DNA of 63,863 nt, the filler included, from Octopus bimaculoides (lineage: Eukaryota), in assembly GCF_001194135.2 (NCBI RefSeq). It is 7 parts of 7 records of this genome, joined end to end, with 100 filler letters (N's around TTAATTAATTAA, not from the genome) between each part and the next. Parts side by side here need not be neighbours in the genome. Positions count along the whole stretch, not along the records: positions 59,229 to 62,734 come from NC_068993.1; positions 62,835 to 63,863 come from NW_026352195.1; 5 more parts are not named here. One strand, written 5' to 3'. Numbering within the stretch: the first letter of the stretch is position 1; every line of letters starts with the position of its first letter. Positions 60,613 to 63,863 of this stretch are shown piece after piece. A program made the translations under genes and the position numbers. The notes under the pieces were generated by a model that ran no database searches, was not told where the DNA came from, and saw nothing but the letters and a program-made list of their open reading frames with translations.

Positions 60613-61548
60613 ATATATAAAGTATTACAAATCTACCGATTATTCTGTCCCACTCGAATTATTGCTTCACTAACGTTTTAGCAACAGCACGTCGTCCACT
60701 GATTAATTTACAGAAATAAAAGAGAAGTATTAAAAGTAGTACATCAAATCAGAATAAATAAAATGATCAAGAACAATAGCAAGGAAAACAGGCTTGCACT
60801 TTTCTCGTCTATTATTTTCTAATTTTATTTTAACCACGCATGAACAGTTTATGTTCTTTATTCTGCATTGTAGCTTGTTTTGGTTTGTACTTTGACAAAA
60901 TTTCCCTTTTTGCTTCGGTAGAATAGATACATAAACTTAGAATATATTATTTTAAAAACTAACCATAATTAATGTTGGTAAACATTTATTTTTAACTAAT
61001 CGCTTATTGCTGAAGCCAATCAGCCATTAGGAAACAAACGCTAGACCTTTAGATCTTCGTATATAGATGCAACCAGCTTCAAAACGAGCATTAATAATTG
61101 TGTTATTTAAGACATAAAACTATTTGCTTCAACGCTAAGTCATAATAGATTTAAGCAATTAGCCAGAATAGATAAAGTATAGGATTTCATTATTGTTTAA
61201 TGGTTTGTTTATTTGCTTTCAGTACACTAGTTCATGTGTTAAATTTACAATACGATTTATATAGATATTCTAGTAGTTGATTTTTCGAAACCAATGGAAG
61301 AATGTTCCTGTTCGCCTGTCGGTGCCCTCGGGAATTATGATTCGCTTGTATGTATGTATGTATGTATGTATGTATATATACATGCATTTATATGTGTGTT
61401 TTTGTGTCTCTATTTCTCCGCCCACCACCAACGTTGCTTGACAACTGATGTTGGTGTTTTTACGTGCCCGTATCGTAGCCTTTAAGGCAGTACTCCAGTT
61501 TAGCCGCACTCAAATGACTGAAACAAGTAACGGAATAAAAGAATGAAA

Positions 61549-61582
<34 letters not shown>

Positions 61583-61613
61583 TTTCATTCTTTTATTCCG
61601 TTACTTGTTTCAG

Positions 61614-61648
<35 letters not shown>

Positions 61649-61761
61649 NNNNNNNNNNNNNNNNNNNNNNNNNNNNNNNNNNNNNNNNNNNNNNNNNNNN
61701 NNNNNNNNNNNNNNNNNNNNNNNNNAATGACTGAAACAAGTAACGGAATAAAAGAATGAAA

Positions 61762-61795
<34 letters not shown>

Positions 61796-61826
61796 TTTCA
61801 TTCTTTTATTCCGTTACTTGTTTCAG

Positions 61827-61861
<35 letters not shown>

Positions 61862-61862
<1 letters not shown>

Positions 61863-62040
61863 ATTCACTGGAAGATCATGGCCAAGTGTAAGCCTTACAC
61901 TAATGGCAGTGGAAAATGCGGTCTTTGAGATATAGAAAGATGGCCCATTTGGAAAAGTTCTTTAGACCCCGCTACATGTCTAAATTCAAGACCTGAACTT
62001 TTTCGGTCATGTCCACATATGGCAAAAACTTTGCTACGTT
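61862..62040 (+). mobile_element. Penelope-like element GIY-YIG C-terminal fragment
   Basis: IHWKIMAKCKPYTNGSGKCGL*...LDPATCLNSRPELFRSCPHMAKTLL (WKI..KPY....KCxLC...LNxRxEL.S.C.H pattern). Confidence 0.75.
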
Positions 62041-62691
62041 TTTGGACACCTCCAAACCAAGATCACAGATAGAACCTGGTTTTTATACTATGTCCACGTA
62101 CAAGACTTTCATATGTCTTAACATCTCTTATATATTTCTTATATATATTTTATTGCTTTATATATTTTTCTGTATATTATTTTCACCCTTTTAATTGTGT
62201 AACTTATACGCGTGTAGTATATACCTAATATGTATGTGTATGCATATATACATGTGTACGAATGATGGTATATATACAAGTGCTAGACTCTACCTGTTGT
62301 ACTTTTCTCCTTCCTTCATACATATATGTATGTATATACATTTATATATGTGCATGTGTAGATACGTTTGACAGACAGGAGGGTGTATTTATGTATATAC
62401 ATATATAATCCATTTGTATATTTGCGGCGAATGAGAATGTTTTACGGTTTATGATTTTTTTGTGTATATTTTTATTTGTATATATGTCTATCCGCGTATG
62501 TATGTGCATGTGCATATAGACTACGTTTTGTATATCCGCGCATGTATATGTGTGTGCGTGTAGAGATGTGTATATGAGCGTAGTGATGTGTGCATGGGTA
62601 TATATGCGTGTGTATAGGTGTGTATGCGTAGATATATATGTATTTATGTGTGTTTGTATATATATGTACATGGGTGTGTGAGTATGTATAT

Positions 62692-62734
<43 letters not shown>

Positions 62735-63119
62735 NNNNNNNNNNNNNNNNNNNNNNNNNNNNNNNNNNNNNNNNNNNNTTAATTAATTAANNNNNNNNNN
62801 NNNNNNNNNNNNNNNNNNNNNNNNNNNNNNNNNNTCAGAGAGCGCAAACCTTCGCCAAGGCAACACCAACGTCCTCTCAACGATACGCCGGAGATGAGTT
62901 TTAAAATGAGAATATCTTAAATAAATTCGACTGCTTTCACAAACGAGAATGCTAAAAATGAACTCTCAAAAATTAAGTAAAAAACCGGAAAAATAATCCA
63001 GAATCCTTGTCCAGTGCCTGATCGATCCCAATGGTATTCATGGAACGTGAAGGTGGGTGTGCGGGCCGTGTTTGTAATGTTGTGTATGCGTCGTCTGCAG
63101 TGGTAACAGGGAGAGTTTT

Positions 63120-63280
63120 CTCTCAGAAAGCCATTTTTTAGTCTATCCACTTTTATAGTGTCTTTACAACCATTAAGGTCTATAGTGAAAAATTTATCTG
63201 TGCGTGAAAGAAAACAGAAAGGACCTGCATACAGTGCTGTTAACAGAGGTTTAACAACATTGTTGCACACAAAAACGTGA
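63120..63280 (-). mobile_element. Ty3/Gypsy integrase C-terminal (GPY/F) fragment
   Basis: VVKPLLTALYAGPFCFLSRTDKFFTIDLNGCKDTIKVDRLK. Confidence 0.7.
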
Positions 63281-63749
63281 ATAATAGTAAAGCTTCCTTC
63301 AAGGCAGAGCTAGAAATGCAATTGTCAGGTGGGTAAGAGGTTTTGAACAGGAGCGATATATTCAAATTGGTAAAGCTAAAAATTGACGAGAATAAATTAC
63401 ATTTATTATTGTTACTGAATATGTTAGTGTTATTTAATTTCTGAATAGTTTTGCTGCCTTTTGTTTATGTAGTTTGATTTCTTTATCCATCAGTTTCTAC
63501 TAGGAGAGACGCGAGTAAAATTAACTAGACTACCCGTGACCCAGTGGGTCACCAGAAAACTCAGTTTCCCAGCAACACAGTTTTGTTTCGTGGTTTTTTT
63601 CTTTTCCAGGTTATTTCGCATGCTTTCAACGATTGTGACATCGAAATCATGCGTAAACAGCTCCTTTCCCCAGAAAAGGAAAGATTTGGCTGCTATTTCT
63701 TGCACGCCCTACTACCATGTAACAGGTATGTCCGATCCTTTATCGCAAA

Positions 63750-63778
63750 CTAGCAGAGATACCCGGCGCTGCTCGTGG
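63750..63778 (-). mobile_element. Isolated Helitron-like 3' terminus
   Basis: Minus strand CCACGAGCAGCGCCGGG-TATCTCTG-CTAG|T: GC-rich subterminal element followed by CTAG and a T. Confidence 0.45.
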
Positions 63779-63863
63779 TTAAAATGGCATTACTGTTTAT
63801 TGTTTTAATTGTTTCGGTCATGTGACTGCAGCCGTGCTGGAGCACCGATTTTAGTCGAAAAAA

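Noticed and set aside
61514-61830. Perfect 104-bp (AT)n-centred palindrome present twice (61514-61617, 61727-61830)
   Set aside because: Exact copies on both sides of a gap, built from a SINE tail mirrored across (AT)n, are most simply an assembly or read fold-back artefact. Only long reads could rescue it.

Overview
Eukaryotic (not prokaryotic), AT-rich, microsatellite-saturated draft-assembly window with many N gaps. The SINE, RTE and R4 repeat content looks coleoid cephalopod, most likely Octopus (recognition from memory, not a database result). Host gene content is sparse. There are the last 2-3 coding exons of a plus-strand SLC22/organic-cation-transporter-like MFS gene (4558-8899) and a probable minus-strand exon of an unrecognised gene near 57.2 kb. 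Most other recognisable sequence is decayed transposable elements: CR1-like, RTE, Tx1/L1 and R4/Dong LINEs, Penelope-like elements (PLE), Gypsy fragments, a Helitron lacking its Rep core, Tc1/mariner pieces, a hAT MITE and at least four SINE-like families. Best unexplained signals: (1) a minimal type-I hammerhead ribozyme on the minus strand at 33170-33217 inside a ~430-bp inverted repeat, plus three more hammerhead-like variants; (2) an 86-bp-arm foldback at 38532-38817; (3) internally deleted mini-Gypsy and mini-Helitron elements; (4) R4/Dong elements stacked in (TAA)n arrays. No CRISPR array, rRNA or true tRNA gene is supported. TE and SINE boundaries were read by eye and are approximate unless stated as exact.
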